In this document: in pieces, positions 28,838-41,900 of the stretch
How the letters are laid out: each line of letters starts with the position of its first letter
Numbering within the stretch: the first letter of the stretch is position 1
Assembly (NCBI GenBank): GCA_046563655.1
Contig: CM102283.1
Location: 1,550,001-1,614,000 of the forward strand
Origin: Yuukianura sp. NJ FZ-2021
Lineage: Eukaryota
Reading direction: 5' to 3'
Length of the DNA: 64,000 bases
Program-made: the position numbers and the translations under genes
Notes under the pieces: generated by a model
What the model was told of the DNA's origin: nothing
Database searches by the model: none
The model's input: only the letters and a program-made list of their open reading frames with translations

Positions 28838-29092
28838 TCATTTTCCTTTTCCTGTGCACTCTGTTCCATCTTCGTTGCAAGTGAATGTTGGTGCTGTTGC
28901 ACATATGCAGGTAAGATTTCCTCGTCCTCCCTCTGGACCACACCCAAGCATCTTCGTATGTGGTCCCATTGCTGTGCAACGTGCAGGACACTGCGTACAA
29001 TCCGTCACTACCATACGGAACAACGCAGCATCCATGACGTTGTACGTCAAGGCAAGCAGAAAACAAACAGACAAGCAGAAAAATGGCTTCAT
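28838..29092 (-). CDS. Small secreted cysteine-rich peptide, CS-alpha-beta (defensin/toxin)-like
   Basis: 84 aa with a hydrophobic signal peptide. Mature part C-x2-C-x3-C-x11-C-x10-C-x-C plus 2 extra Cys. TATAAA on the minus strand at 29133-29138. Confidence 0.75.
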   Translation of the reverse strand: MKPFFCLSVCFLLALTYNVMDAALFRMVVTDCTQCPARCTAMGPHTKMLGCGPEGGRGNLTCICATAPTFTCNEDGTECTGKGK

Positions 29093-29524
29093 TTCCAGGT
29101 TTTGGAAGTTAAGTTTCTGAATATTGAATTGATTTATATTAAAATATGGCTAATATAACAAATGTAATACAATAAATTTACAACAGCTAATACCTGCACT
29201 TGGAAGTCTATTCCAACTAAAAATTTGGTCTTCAAAATTTGACAATTTATTCATTTTTTTTCTTGTTTGGTTGCTTCGTTTAGAAGTATAATTGATTAAC
29301 TTTGATTAACCTTAGTTTTTCTTAATTACTGTGGTTTCTGATCGTAAGTGGGAAGTTTTCAATTTAAGTTGGAAAATTTAAGTAAGCTTAAGAAGAAAAG
29401 ACCAAAATTTGGAATGTTATGTATGTAATATTTTACATGTGTGTTTAAGTGTATATACCTTTAACAACATATTATATAATATGCCACAATAATCGATGTA
29501 AAGTAGAATATATGTCATATGTGC

Positions 29525-31231
29525 TTAGTTTTGTAAAGATGGGGGTGCTCGTGCATCATCAATTGTACGCATGTCGGCGTACCCGGAATTTTCGATTATC
29601 CAGTCATGATGGTCCGCAACTCGTGTCTTTTTTTTAGAAAATTAAAAATAGAATGAAAATAGAAAAATTCAGGAACAGGAAATGTAGAATCGTTGACTCT
29701 TACATATAACCCAGGAAAACGTGCCATTCCACATCCAACGCCTACATTTTTTTTTGAAAATGTGAAAATTTGAAAATTTATAAGAAAGTTTATTTTTTGC
29801 TACCTGTTGATACAAGTCCACAGAGAAACCTCCTATTTTTCTTCTCAGGGTTAAAACATGCCAGTGGTCCACCCGAGTCCCCCTTCGAAATTAAAAAAAA
29901 ACGTAAGAATTTGCCCAAAGTTTGCATTTTCTGTACAGTAAAAGTTAGCAGTAAAAAAAAAATTTTTTTTTTATTAACTTGACATGCGTCGGTCTTCCCA
30001 TATTCAAACCCTGCACTGCAATTTACAAAATAAAAGTTAAATTAAGCCAAAAACGCTAAAATATGAAAGACGTTTTAAAAAATTTACCATATAAGCCTAG
30101 ATTCAATAAGTTTTTTTAACTTTGTGTAGTCGTAGTAGTATTCATAGCACTGTTGCCGCGAGAACACTTTAACATTAGCCTGCATCAACACATCAGGGTA
30201 ATAGAAGGGGTTCACTTCCTTGTCTTTATAATGTTTATATTGCGTATACCCCCATCCGCTGATCATTGCAATTCCAACTAAAAAGTTACAAAAAAATACA
30301 AACATGAGTACCAAATTACACTTATACTTAAACAAGTTTTAAATACTTGCAGCGATGCAGGTATCTAGTCACATAAAATTGTGCGTAAGCAGAAAGTAAT
30401 TACCGTCTTCGGGTACAACAGCAGGCCGATCAATTGGGAGTGGTTGGACTAGTTTGTTGTACGTAAATGGCTCGTCTAGTGTTACAATCGCAATGTCAAA
30501 TATATTGTTGTCAGGAGTATATTTGGGATGGATTTTGATATCCACTGCTTTTCTCCGTTGCTCATCTCCATCTACATCACTAATGTCAAATTCACCAGCG
30601 ACATACTCAAATTTATCTGTTCTGTACGCCGGAAGCCGTTCACTGTCAGAGTAGAAGCAGTCTACAAATGTATTCAAAACACCAGATTAAAGGATTCTAA
30701 ATTTTTGCGTTCTTAAAATGTACTCTTACGGGCAGCCGTTAAGACTGTCTTGGAGTTATAGATGGAGCCACCACACATAACGGTGCGCCCCCTTTGGATC
30801 GCAACGATATACGGAACAGCTCCCTTAGCAGACTTAATTCCACCAACCACTTTCTTCTTCGGAATCCTTTGTATTGGTTTCTCATCAGTTACTGTTACAA
30901 TAAATAGATAATTTTTTTTCAGGAAATTTTATTAAATGAAAACATTAAAAAGCCACAGAAGTTATAATAAAATTACTCTTACAGCTGCTACAGGCCGGGT
31001 TAAGATGGAATGGTAACACTTCACCGTTGGAACTAACCCTCACTGAAATAAATAATAAAATAAATTTAAATAATATTATGCTAATTAATCATTTACATTT
31101 AATTTTTTTTCACCAAGCATGTCTTCGAATGGGTCGCCATCAATTCCGTCAATTGATTCGTCTTTGTTCTCATCGTCGTATTGGTCAGCTTGAAGATGGA
31201 GTATAAAAAAAATTAATATATACAAAATCAT
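29525..31231 (-). CDS. Trypsin-like serine protease, copy 1 (multi-exon)
   Basis: Signal peptide, K|VVGG activation site, TAAH|C (His codon split by an intron), DIAIV and DACQ|GDSGGPL. Confidence 0.93.
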
Positions 31232-31680
31232 TTTCAAACTGGAAATTTTTGAAAGTTCAAAAAAGTTGAAAATGGCTTGTAATATGTAGCTTACATTTGC
31301 GCAATTTGTAGATTTTACACACTATGGAAATTAAACAATCGGAAATTAAAACTTGTGCGTACATTTGCCCTTGAGCGTCAAAGTTTTATTATGAATCAAC
31401 CATTTTCAATTGTTTGTTAAGCCAACACCTTTGAAAACCATGACCCTGAATTCAATTGGGGTAATGTGAAAACATAAAACAAAAAATACAACACAGCACA
31501 ACTGTGGGTTTTAATTTTAAGTGGAAAATTTCCAATCTGATTTTGAAAAATTATAAACTTTAATTAAACTTAGGATGAATAGACCAAAACTTAGATTGTT
31601 CATATTTTATGTAAATTGGAAAATTAGTTATATATTTGAAAGAATAATGTTATGGTATTCTATGTTTACTAAAATATTGT

Positions 31681-33552
31681 TTAGTTGTCTAAAGATGGGG
31701 GTGGTCGTGCGTCGTCAATTGTGCGCATGTCGGCGTACCCGGAGTTTTCGATGACCCAGTCATGGAACTCGGCAACTCGTGTCTTTTTTGAAATCAGAAA
31801 AAATTAAAATTGAAAAATTCAGTAACTGGAGCGTAGAATCTTTTACGCTTACATAAAACCCAGGAAAATCTGGCAGCCCACATCCAACACCTATTTTTTT
31901 TTGAAAATGTGAAAATTTGCAAATGAAAATAAGATAGCTTATTTTTTGTTACCTGTTGATACAAGTCCACAGAGATACCTCCTGTTTTTCTTTTCAGGGT
32001 TAAAACATGCCAGTGGTCCACCAGAGTCCCCCTTCGAAAATAAAAAAGAAAAGCAAAAACTAAAATTTGCCCCACCTTTGGCTTCGCTATAACGTTAAAG
32101 TAAAAATTAGCTATTTTTTTTATTAACTTGGCAAGCGTCGATCTTCCCAGATTCAAACCCGGCGCTGCAATTTTACAAAGTAAAACTTAAATATAGCCCA
32201 AAACGTTAAAAAATTAAGGAATTTAAAAAAAAATCACCATATAAGTCCAGCATTAATAAGTGCTTTCAAGTTGTTGTACTTGGCATAAAACTCATAGCAC
32301 TCTTCACGGGAGAATACTTTAACATTGGCCTGTCTCAATACGTCAGGGTAATACAGTGGATCGTCGTTGTCGTTTATTTCCTTCTTTTTCGTATACCCCC
32401 ATCCACTGATCATTGCAATTCCAACTAAAAGGTTACAAAATTGCCAATATGGTTACAAAATTATATGGTTATATGGTATAATTATATGGCCAATATGGTA
32501 AGTGCGCAGAAAGGGCGCAGTAAGTGCGCAGAAAGTGCGCAGAAAGTGCGCAGAAAGTGCGCAGAAAGTGCGCAGATAGTGCGCAGTAAGTTCACAGAAA
32601 GTGCGCAGATAGTGCGCAGTGCAATGTTGTAAAGCTATAGACTATTATAGCAATTCAGGTATTTGCACACATAGTTACGCATGGACTGAAAGTAATTACC
32701 GTCTTCCGGCACAAGAGGAGGCCGATCAATCGGGAGTGGTTGAACGAATTTGTTGTACTTAAACGGCTTGTCTAGCGTTACAATCGCAATGTCAAAGAAA
32801 TTGTACTCAGCTTCATATTTGGGGTGGATTTTGACATCCACTGCTTTCCTCCGTTGCTCATCTCCGTCTACATCACTAACGTCGAAGTCACCAGCGACAT
32901 ACTCATATTTGTCGGTGATCTCCTCCGGAAGCCGTCCACTGATAGAGTGGAAGCAGTCTACAAGAGTATTCCCAAAAGCAGTTTTAAAAAATTCTAAAGT
33001 TTGACATTCCGAAAAAGTGCAGTTACGGGCAGCCGTTAAGACTGTTACGGAGTTGTAGACGGAGCCACCACACATGACGGAGCCCCTGGATTGGATCCCA
33101 ACGATATACGGAATAGCTCCTTTGCTGGACTTACTTCCACCAATCACCTTCTTCTTTGGAATCCTTTGAATTGGTTTCTCATCAGTTGCTGTTAATATAA
33201 ACAAATAAGTGGTAATTAAATTTAGAAAATTAAATTGATTGCAAACATTACAAGGTTAAGAAAATTACTCTCTTACAATTCCGAGACGCCGGGTTAAAAT
33301 GGAATGGTCGCACTTCGCCGTTGGAACTAACTCTAACTGAAATATAAAATAAGATAAAATTAGTTATTTTAATTATATTTTATTATAGTAAATATTATTT
33401 TAATTAATCCTTTACACTATAATTAACTTTTTACCAAACATTTCTTCAAATGGATCTCCGCCACATCCGCCAACTGATTCGTCTTTGTACTCATCATCGT
33501 ACTGGTCAGCCTGAACATGCAGTACACAAAAGATTAAGATATACAAAATCAT
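31681..33552 (-). CDS. Trypsin-like serine protease, copy 2 (multi-exon)
   Basis: K|VIGG, TAAH|C, DIAIV and DACQGDSGGPL; same intron positions as copy 1. Confidence 0.93.
32447..32622. repeat. Intronic minisatellites: ATATGGTTA-like 9-mers, then about 11 copies of the 10-mer AGTGCGCAGA
   Basis: Directly visible tandem arrays inside an intron of protease copy 2; absent from the matching intron of the other copies. Confidence 0.9.
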
Positions 33553-34018
33553 TTTCAAAACTGGAAATGCTTGAAAGTGCAAAAAATTTGAAAATTGACA
33601 AAATTCGAAAATGACTAGTACCTTACATTTGCGCAATTTTGTGGATTTTACACGCTATGGAAATTAAACAATCGGAAATTAAAACTTGTTTGTACATTTG
33701 TCCTCGCACGTCAAAGTTTATTATGAATCAAACCATTTTCAATTGTTTTTTAAGGCAACACTTTTCCAAACCATGACCCTGAATTTAATTGGGCTAATTT
33801 GAAGAAATAAAACGAAAAATACAACACAACACATTTGCGGTTTTATTATAAGTGGAAAATTTTCAATTTGATTTTGAAAAATTATAAACTTTAATTAAAC
33901 CCAAGGTGAATGAATATATCAAAACTTATCGTTAGATCGTTTGTATAGTATGTGAAAATTAGTTATATATTTGAATGTACAATGTGTTATGGTAATTTAT
34001 GTGTAGTAAAATATGTGT

Positions 34019-36000
34019 TTAGTTGTCTAAAGATGGGGGTGGTCGTGCGTCGTCAATTGTGCGCATGTCGGCATACCCAGAATTTTCGATGACCCAGTCA
34101 TGGAACTCGGCAACTCGTGTCTTTTTTGAAATCAGAAAAAATTAAAATTTAAAAATGTAGCATCTGGAAGCGTATATTTCTTTTACGCTTACATAAAACC
34201 CTGGAAAATCTGGCAGTCCACATCCAACTCCTATTTTTTTTTTGAAAATGTGAGAATTTGCAAATGAAAATAAGAGAGTTTATTTTTTGTTACCTGTTGA
34301 TACAAGTCCACAGAGAAACCTCCTGTTTTTCTTCTCAGGGTTAAAACATGCCAGTGGACCGCCTGAATCACCCTTCAAAATTTAAAAAAAAAAACGAAAA
34401 GTCCAAAGATCAGTTAGGTCACCATAATGTTAAAGTAAAAAATTTAGCAATTTTTTTTTGATTAACTTGGCAAGCGTCGATCTTCCCAGATTCAAACCCT
34501 GCGCTGCAATTTACAAAATAAGAGTTAGATTAGAAAAAACCCAAGGCTAAAATATTAAGAACTTTTGAAAAAATTCACCATATAAGTCCAGCATCAATAA
34601 GTGCTTTCAACTGGTCGTACTGTTCATAAAACTCAAAGCACTCTTCAACGGAAAACACTTTAACATTGGCCTGTCTCAATACGTCAGGATAATATATGGG
34701 GTCATCGTTGTCCCTTATTCCCTTCTTTTTCGTATACCCCCAACCGCTGATCATTGCAATTCCAACTAAAAAGTTACAAAGTTGCCAACATGTACAAAAT
34801 TATATTTATACTTAGGCAAGTTTTAAATAAGCTAAAGCTGCACATGTGGTATACATAGCATGACCAAGGAGCTATGTACAACGTTGCACAGTTGCATTCG
34901 TCAATTCAAGTCAAACATAGATTTTCGAATAATTAACAGTCATTAATTAAAATGTTAATTAAGACTTGGGATCACGATTGATAAAACAATCGCAAGATGT
35001 CGGGATCATATGATCTTAACCGACTCAACCTCTGCTGAGTTGGCGCCAACTGTTTCAGTTTTTTGCCGAGAGATTTTAGGTCGTCTCAACTTTCCATAAG
35101 AAGAACTCGGGAACAACTTATGCCCATACGCAGAAATAATAATTACCGTCTTCGGGCACAAGCGGAGGCCGATCAATCGGGAGTGGTTGGACTAATTTGT
35201 TGTACTCAAACGGCTTGTCTACCGTTACAATTGCAATGTCATAGAAATTGTAATCAGCAGTATATTTGGGATGGATTTTGACATCCACTGCTCTCCTCCG
35301 TTGTTCATCTCCGTCTGCGTCACTAGCGTCAAAGTCACCAGCGACATACTCAAATTTATCCGTGACGTACTCTGGAAGTCGCTCACTGTTAGCGTGGAAG
35401 CAGTCTACAAAAGTATTAAAAAACAGATTTAAAAAATTGTAAATTTTTGCATTCTTAACAAGTGCACTCACGGGCGGCCGTTAAGACTGTTACGGAGTTG
35501 TAGATGGAGCCACCACACATGACGGAGCCACTGGATTGGATCCCAACGATATACGGAACAGCTCCTTTGCTGGACTTACTTCCACCAATCACCTTCTTCT
35601 TTGGAATCCTTTGAATTGGTTTCTCAGCAGTTGCTGTTAATATAAACAAATAAGTGGTAATTAAATTAAGAAATTTAAATTAATTGAAAACATTACAAAG
35701 TTATATATAATTTTACTCTCTTACAATTCCGAGACGCCGGGTTAAAATGGAATGGTCGCACCTCGCCGTTGGAACTAACCCTAACTGAAATATAAAATAA
35801 GATAAAATTAGTTATTTTAATTATATTTTATTATAGTAAATATTATTTTAATTAATCCTTTACACTATAATTAACTTTTTACCAAACATTTCTTCAAATG
35901 GGTCTCCGCCACTTCCGCCAATTGATTCGTCTTTGTACTCATCATCGTACTGGTCAGCCTGACCATGGAGTACACAAAAGATTAAAATATACAAAATCAT
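34019..36000 (-). CDS. Trypsin-like serine protease, copy 3 (multi-exon)
   Basis: K|VIGG, TAAH|C, DIAIV and DACQGDSGGPL; very similar to copy 2. Confidence 0.93.
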
Positions 36001-36362
36001 TTTCAAAACTGGAAATGCTTGAAAGTGGAAAAAGTTTGAAAATTGACGAAATTTGAAAATGACTTGTGGTATGTAGCTTACATTTGTGCAATTTTGTCGA
36101 TTTTACACTGTGGAAATTAAACAATCGGAAATTAAAACTTGTTTATACATTTGTCCTCGAACGTTCAAGTTTTATTATGAATCAAGCCGTTTATCAATTG
36201 TTTTTAGGCTAACGCCCTTGAGAACCATGACACTGAATTCAATTGGGGCAATGTGAGAAAAAGAGAAAATAAACGAAAAATACAACACCACTTAATAAAA
36301 ATACACGGTTCTCCGTAAAAATTTAATATAGATATTTGAATTTAATTGTTTTTAGGTTATGC

Positions 36363-38200
36363 CTAGTCGTAGTCGATTTCATCTCGTCTGTCGTCAATTG
36401 TCCTCTGATCGGCGAATCCTGCAAGTCCCCTGATCCAGCCATGATAATCAGCAACTCTTGTCTAAAAAACAAGAATCATACTGGATAACGTGTATGCACA
36501 AATAACATGCTAAAAAAAATTTCAAATATTTTACATAAAGTCCGGGAAAATTTTCCATACCACAGCCAATACCTAAAAAGATTTAAGTGTGATAAATGAA
36601 GTAACTTTTCACAGAATATAGAAAATACCGTGAAATCGCAAATAGTATTCCTGTTATAAATCGGGACGTATGGCAATATCCCATTTCCGAAGGTCGGCAA
36701 AACAATTAGTATACCCAATATAGTACTCGGGTTACTATTTGGAAATCTACGGTATTTGAATTTCAGAGAAAAACAGTCCAACAAAATAACCCAATGCAAC
36801 TATTCCGCAAAGATATCTTCTGTTCAGTTTTAGTGGGTTGTAGCAAGCCAACGGTCCACCAGAGTCACCCTGTAACACATTAGGTTAGCTTTGCTAGTTA
36901 TCAAATGTTAGGCTTGTAAGCTGTAGTTATAGGCTAACAATATATATTGAGTTCCACCTGACATGCATCAATTCGTCCTGATCGAAGTCCAGCACTGAAA
37001 AGTTATTTTGCATTAGGTTTGACGAAAATTAGAACCTCATGAGGTTGGGAGTTAGCATGGGCTAGTTAGGTTAATAACCTAACCAAATGAGGCCAGAGTT
37101 AATAAGGGATTTCATATCTCCGTATCGTCGGTAAAATTGTAAACATTCATCTCGTGAAAAAACGTGGAGATTGGCCTCTCTGAGTTGCGATGGAATGTAG
37201 GCTTTGTCCATCCTGTCTCCTGGTGTACGAGGATAAGTGTACCCCCAACCACTGATTTGCGCGGTTCCAACTACATGAGATGTAAAATTTAAAATTCAAA
37301 TTCTTTTTTTTTAGTTGCAGTTTTAAAGAAACTTATGCATTAAATTTGTCAAGACGAACCCTCCTCAGGTATGACCGGAGGGCGGTCGATTGGCAATGGC
37401 TGTACATATTGGTTATATACAAACGGTTTATCCATCGTTACGACTGCAATATCGTGAAAACTGTATTGAGGATCATATTGGGCGGGAACTTCAAATTTAA
37501 TCATTTTTCGCCGTTGCTCATCTCCATCGTCGTCGTTTACGTCATTTTCTCCTGCAACAAATTCAAAATCGTCCAAAAACGACTGGTCCAGCATGCCTCT
37601 TGAGTTGTGGAAGCAGTCTACATGATATAAAATAATATTTCTGATTACTAACATAACTTAATTAGTAGTATTAAAGTGATTTACTAACGAGCACCGGTGA
37701 GCACCGTAATGGAGTTGTATATTGTGCCACCACAATATACGCCGCCACGTACTTCAATGGCAACAATAAACGGAACTGAGCCTTTGTGCGACGTACGTCC
37801 ACCAATAACTTTCTTGTCCGGAATCCTTACGAGTGGAGGATCATTTACTAATTAAAGATTTGACTAATTAGAGTGCACTTCTTAAGTAATTAATTAATAA
37901 AACTGGAATTTCTAATAGCTTCTTACAATCTCTGAATGTTGGATTCACATAAAATGGTCGCACCTCTCCCTTAGAATTAACTCTCACTAAAAAACAAAAG
38001 CACCAAAGATTCTCACATTGTTTCTTAACACAAATTATTTGAACTTTGTAATTTTTTATAAATATTATAAATATGAAAAATACTTTACCAAAACTATGTT
38101 CAAAATCCTTTGGTGTTGTATCGGATGGGGCATCCACGTACTCGTCACTGTACTGTGCATTGACACACACCAAACAAAAAAGGACTAACCAAAATTCCAT
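36363..38200 (-). CDS. Trypsin-like serine protease, copy 4 (most divergent)
   Basis: MEFWLVLFCLVCVNA signal, K|VIGG, TGAH|C, DIAVV, DACQGDSGGPL, and C-terminal TRVADYHGWI...EIDYD-stop. Confidence 0.92.
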
Positions 38201-38905
38201 TACAATTTATTGGATTTCAATTTGCTTTGAAAGCTAACCTACACGATATGATATTAAAAGTGACACAAACAATGATGACTGAGTGTTATAAACAACAAAA
38301 ATCCTTTTACGCGTTAAGTTCAAGGAGGAATTGACAATGAAAAGCGGTTTTTTGATTATTGTTTGTGAAGACAATCGTTGTTACAAAGGTGTTAATTATG
38401 TGTCAATTATACTACACTTCTAATATTACGAGTATCAATGATGTACAATAATTATACATTTGTTTAAAAGTACCCATCTTCAAATTTATTAGTGGTTAAA
38501 AGTAATGTTGGAGTAGTATATCATTGTTGTATCCAAATTGTATTAATTATTGTAGTAGTTACGATTAAGTTTACATACTACATTGTATTTAAATAATGCA
38601 AGAATTAATAAAGAGCAATTAAGACAACATACTAAATTGTTTGTACAATACGAATGTTTAAACTTATTGTCGCAATCATCAGAATCAAGAATCTTGCTAA
38701 AGTAAGGTATGGTGAGACAGTAAATTTATTTCGCGGGAAGCAAATATTTTCAAGAGTTTTCAATTCGGTTTTTGTGTTTTGTTTTTTGCATTGAAAAATC
38801 ATGGATTGACGGATTGACCGGACCGATAATCACTGAAAAGCCATCGTTTTCAAGGTTTGAAGCATTGAAGTTAGATTTTGAGAAGGTAACAGGTCAATAA
38901 TTATT

Positions 38906-41900
38906 ATGGCTGGTGTTCCTGGAGATGAAAGCAAACAATTTCTGTATACATTCTTGACTAAAACTGGAACCGTACCGGAGTATAACATCCGTCAAACAGG
39001 TAATGCATATGTTAACCCATGAAGTTCTACCATCGGTCAACTTAATTACTTGGTCATAATTAGGATGACTTTCGTTGCGTTTTAGGTCCTAAGAATCGAA
39101 TTAGATTTCTTTGCGAATTGACTGTAAATGGGTATCCGTACCGTGGTGTTGGAAATTCAACTTCAAAGAAGGATGCTCAGACAAATGCTGCGAAAGACTT
39201 CATTCAATACTTGGCCAGGACTGGGGCCATCGATTCCTCTCAAATTCCAGACAATGTAAGTATCTAGTAGTTTTATCCTGAACCATTCCGTTTTACATAA
39301 ATGTTTACCTTAACACGCTTTACATTTTGAAGGTCCTTGCATACACCGCTCCGACTCCGAGTCCACAATATTCAGGTCCTGTTTCCGCAGTGTCACAGAG
39401 CTACTCGCAACAAGTCGTATTCAAAACTGGTTTTGGACCGCAACAGATGGGAGAAGGATACACGTAACTAACTACCAACTGCATACTATACTACCAGCAT
39501 GGCGTTCATGACATTGTTTCATGAGCAATGTATCATAGTTTGATGTTGTTGGTATCGTATCGCTTTATTGACAGTCCATTTGGGGGTCACCGTCCCAACT
39601 TTGATCAAGTAAATGCGAAGAACATGGCGGAGGCCGAAGACGTTGATGTGAATTCCCGTCTTCACGGAAACTGGACAATTGACAGTGCAAAGGGACGTCT
39701 GCATCAGTATATTCAACAAAACCGAATCAGCGCTGACTACTCTTATGTTCCTATTGGACCAGCGCATGCTAGGTATATTCGCCAGTAATATCTTCTTTAA
39801 ATTCAAAAGTGTGGACCTATATCCGGTCCGAGAAACCAGTTCTTTTTATTCCATCAAGAAAATCAACTTACAACTTGACGATTCTCACTGAACGCATGGT
39901 GTAGTTTTTCAAGATTTCCGATTTTTTGGAGAAATCTTGGAAAACTACCAATTTGAAAACACCACGTTGATTTCTGTTTTGGAAGTTTGGAAGTTTCTGT
40001 TATGTCGAAAAAAAAGCAACAAAATTCTTCAATCCAGCTCATATTATAAATGAACTGGTTTGATGTTGTCAATGACGAGGTCGATGACAGCTCCAGCTAA
40101 CAAAATTCTTATACGGAAAAAGATGTGGAATTAAAATTGTCGTTTTACTAGCTGGAGATGTCATCGAATCTCTACCTAAAATCGTCACTCAAAAGGAGTC
40201 GCTAGGTATTATACACGTTTTGGTAAGTTCGCGTTTGGATTGGACGCGGCGAAATGTTTTTTATTCTAACATTCCTACCAAATCATAACCTAACTTTCTT
40301 GCATTTATTTGAACGTAGGAGTTTCCAAGCTGAAATGAGCTTCTTCGTCAAGGAACTCGGAAGACGTAAGATCCCCAAAAAACTTTCATAGTTAGTTTGA
40401 AAACCAAGTTCACCTCGAGGTTGTTGTGATTTGTGTTGTGATTCCAATGTGTTGTGATTTCAGACATTCATGCCCGAGAAACTGGATCGAACCAGAAGAC
40501 AGCTTCGAAAAGTTGTGCATTGTCCATCGTTCGTCAATTATTTCACTTGAACGTTATCGAATCATTTTCTGGAACTCTCAAACGCCCCAAGGAGTCTGAG
40601 TCCATCAAACCGTTCGTAGTTAAAATTGATCCAAAGCTGATGGATTCCGTTCACTCTGTGATCGGCGAACTAAACCTTGAAGTCGCTTCCGTTACAGATC
40701 CAGAGGAAACGAAACATCTTCAGGTAAAACTAAAACAGCTGATTGTTACATGCAAGTTGACTATTTCTAATTCATGTCATTAATTTACTAATGGTTTAGG
40801 ATATTGAAAATCCACAAGAAGCTTCTGACGGACCTCCTGCTATAAACTTGGTTGGAGGACAAAAGAAGGACATTGCACATTTGACCAGAAGCGAAGAAAC
40901 GGCCATTGCTGGAATCGTGTCATGGTCTCCTCCGCTTCCAAATTGGAATCCATGGACATCTTGTAACATTGATGAGGGGCATATGGCTTCGGTAAACCAC
41001 ATGATAATTCTAAGAATCGTTGTTTCAACGATTTTGTGTCGATAACACTTCTACTTCTGCTGTTGTAATCAGGCTTCCCTGGATCAGCTGAGTGAAGAAT
41101 TTTTACAAAGTTTCAAGGAGGTCCAGCAGACGAATCAACAAGTTCAGCAACTGTACGAAGTCAGATCTCAGCTTCCGATTTACTCCGAGAAGGCGAAGAT
41201 CATGGACAGCATTTCCGAGTATTCCGTAATTCTGATCAAAGGAGACACAGGTTTGTGTGTTGTTCATTAAGGTCAAGAATGTCAAAATAAGTATAATTTG
41301 TTTGAAAATATGATATGGTTTCTAGGATCTGGAAAGACAACGCAGGTAAAGCACGGATGATTTGTTAGAAAAATTAGACACTTAGATAGTATTTTTAGTA
41401 TTATGGAGGGCTAATCCGAGCTGATTTTTTTAGATTTGCCAATTTATACTTGACGATTACATTCTGTCTGGGCAAGGAGCTTACTGCAACGTCGTAGTAA
41501 CTCAACCTAGAAGAATATCCGCCATTTCAGTGGCTGAGAGAGTGGCACATGAGCGTGGTGAGGAATTGGGCCAAACTGTTGGTTACAGTGTCAGATTTGA
41601 ATCTTGCTTGCCACGTCCGTACGCCTCCGTTTTGTTTTGTACTGTGGGTAAGGGATCTGATGCACTTTAAAGTTGTATTTGATTTTAAGCTCAATAATTT
41701 GCTTACTTTTATAATTTTTATCTGTTTTCTTTTTTAGGAGTTTTACTCAGGAAGTTGGAAAGCGGTCTACGGGGAGTATCTCACGTGATTGTGGATGAAA
41801 TTCACGAACGTGATGTTAACAGTGACTTTTTGCTGGTTGTTCTCCGAGACATGTTGGCAAACTACCCTGATTTACGGGTCATTCTCATGTCAGCGACAAT

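Noticed and set aside
32441-32632. ORF with repeated AESAQKVR
   Set aside because: Translation of an intronic minisatellite on the opposite strand.
32635-35649. Apparent loss of the catalytic His in the proteases (ORF track reads TAARNC/TAAREC)
   Set aside because: Artefact of an intron inside the His codon (C|gt...ag|AC); splicing restores TAAHC.
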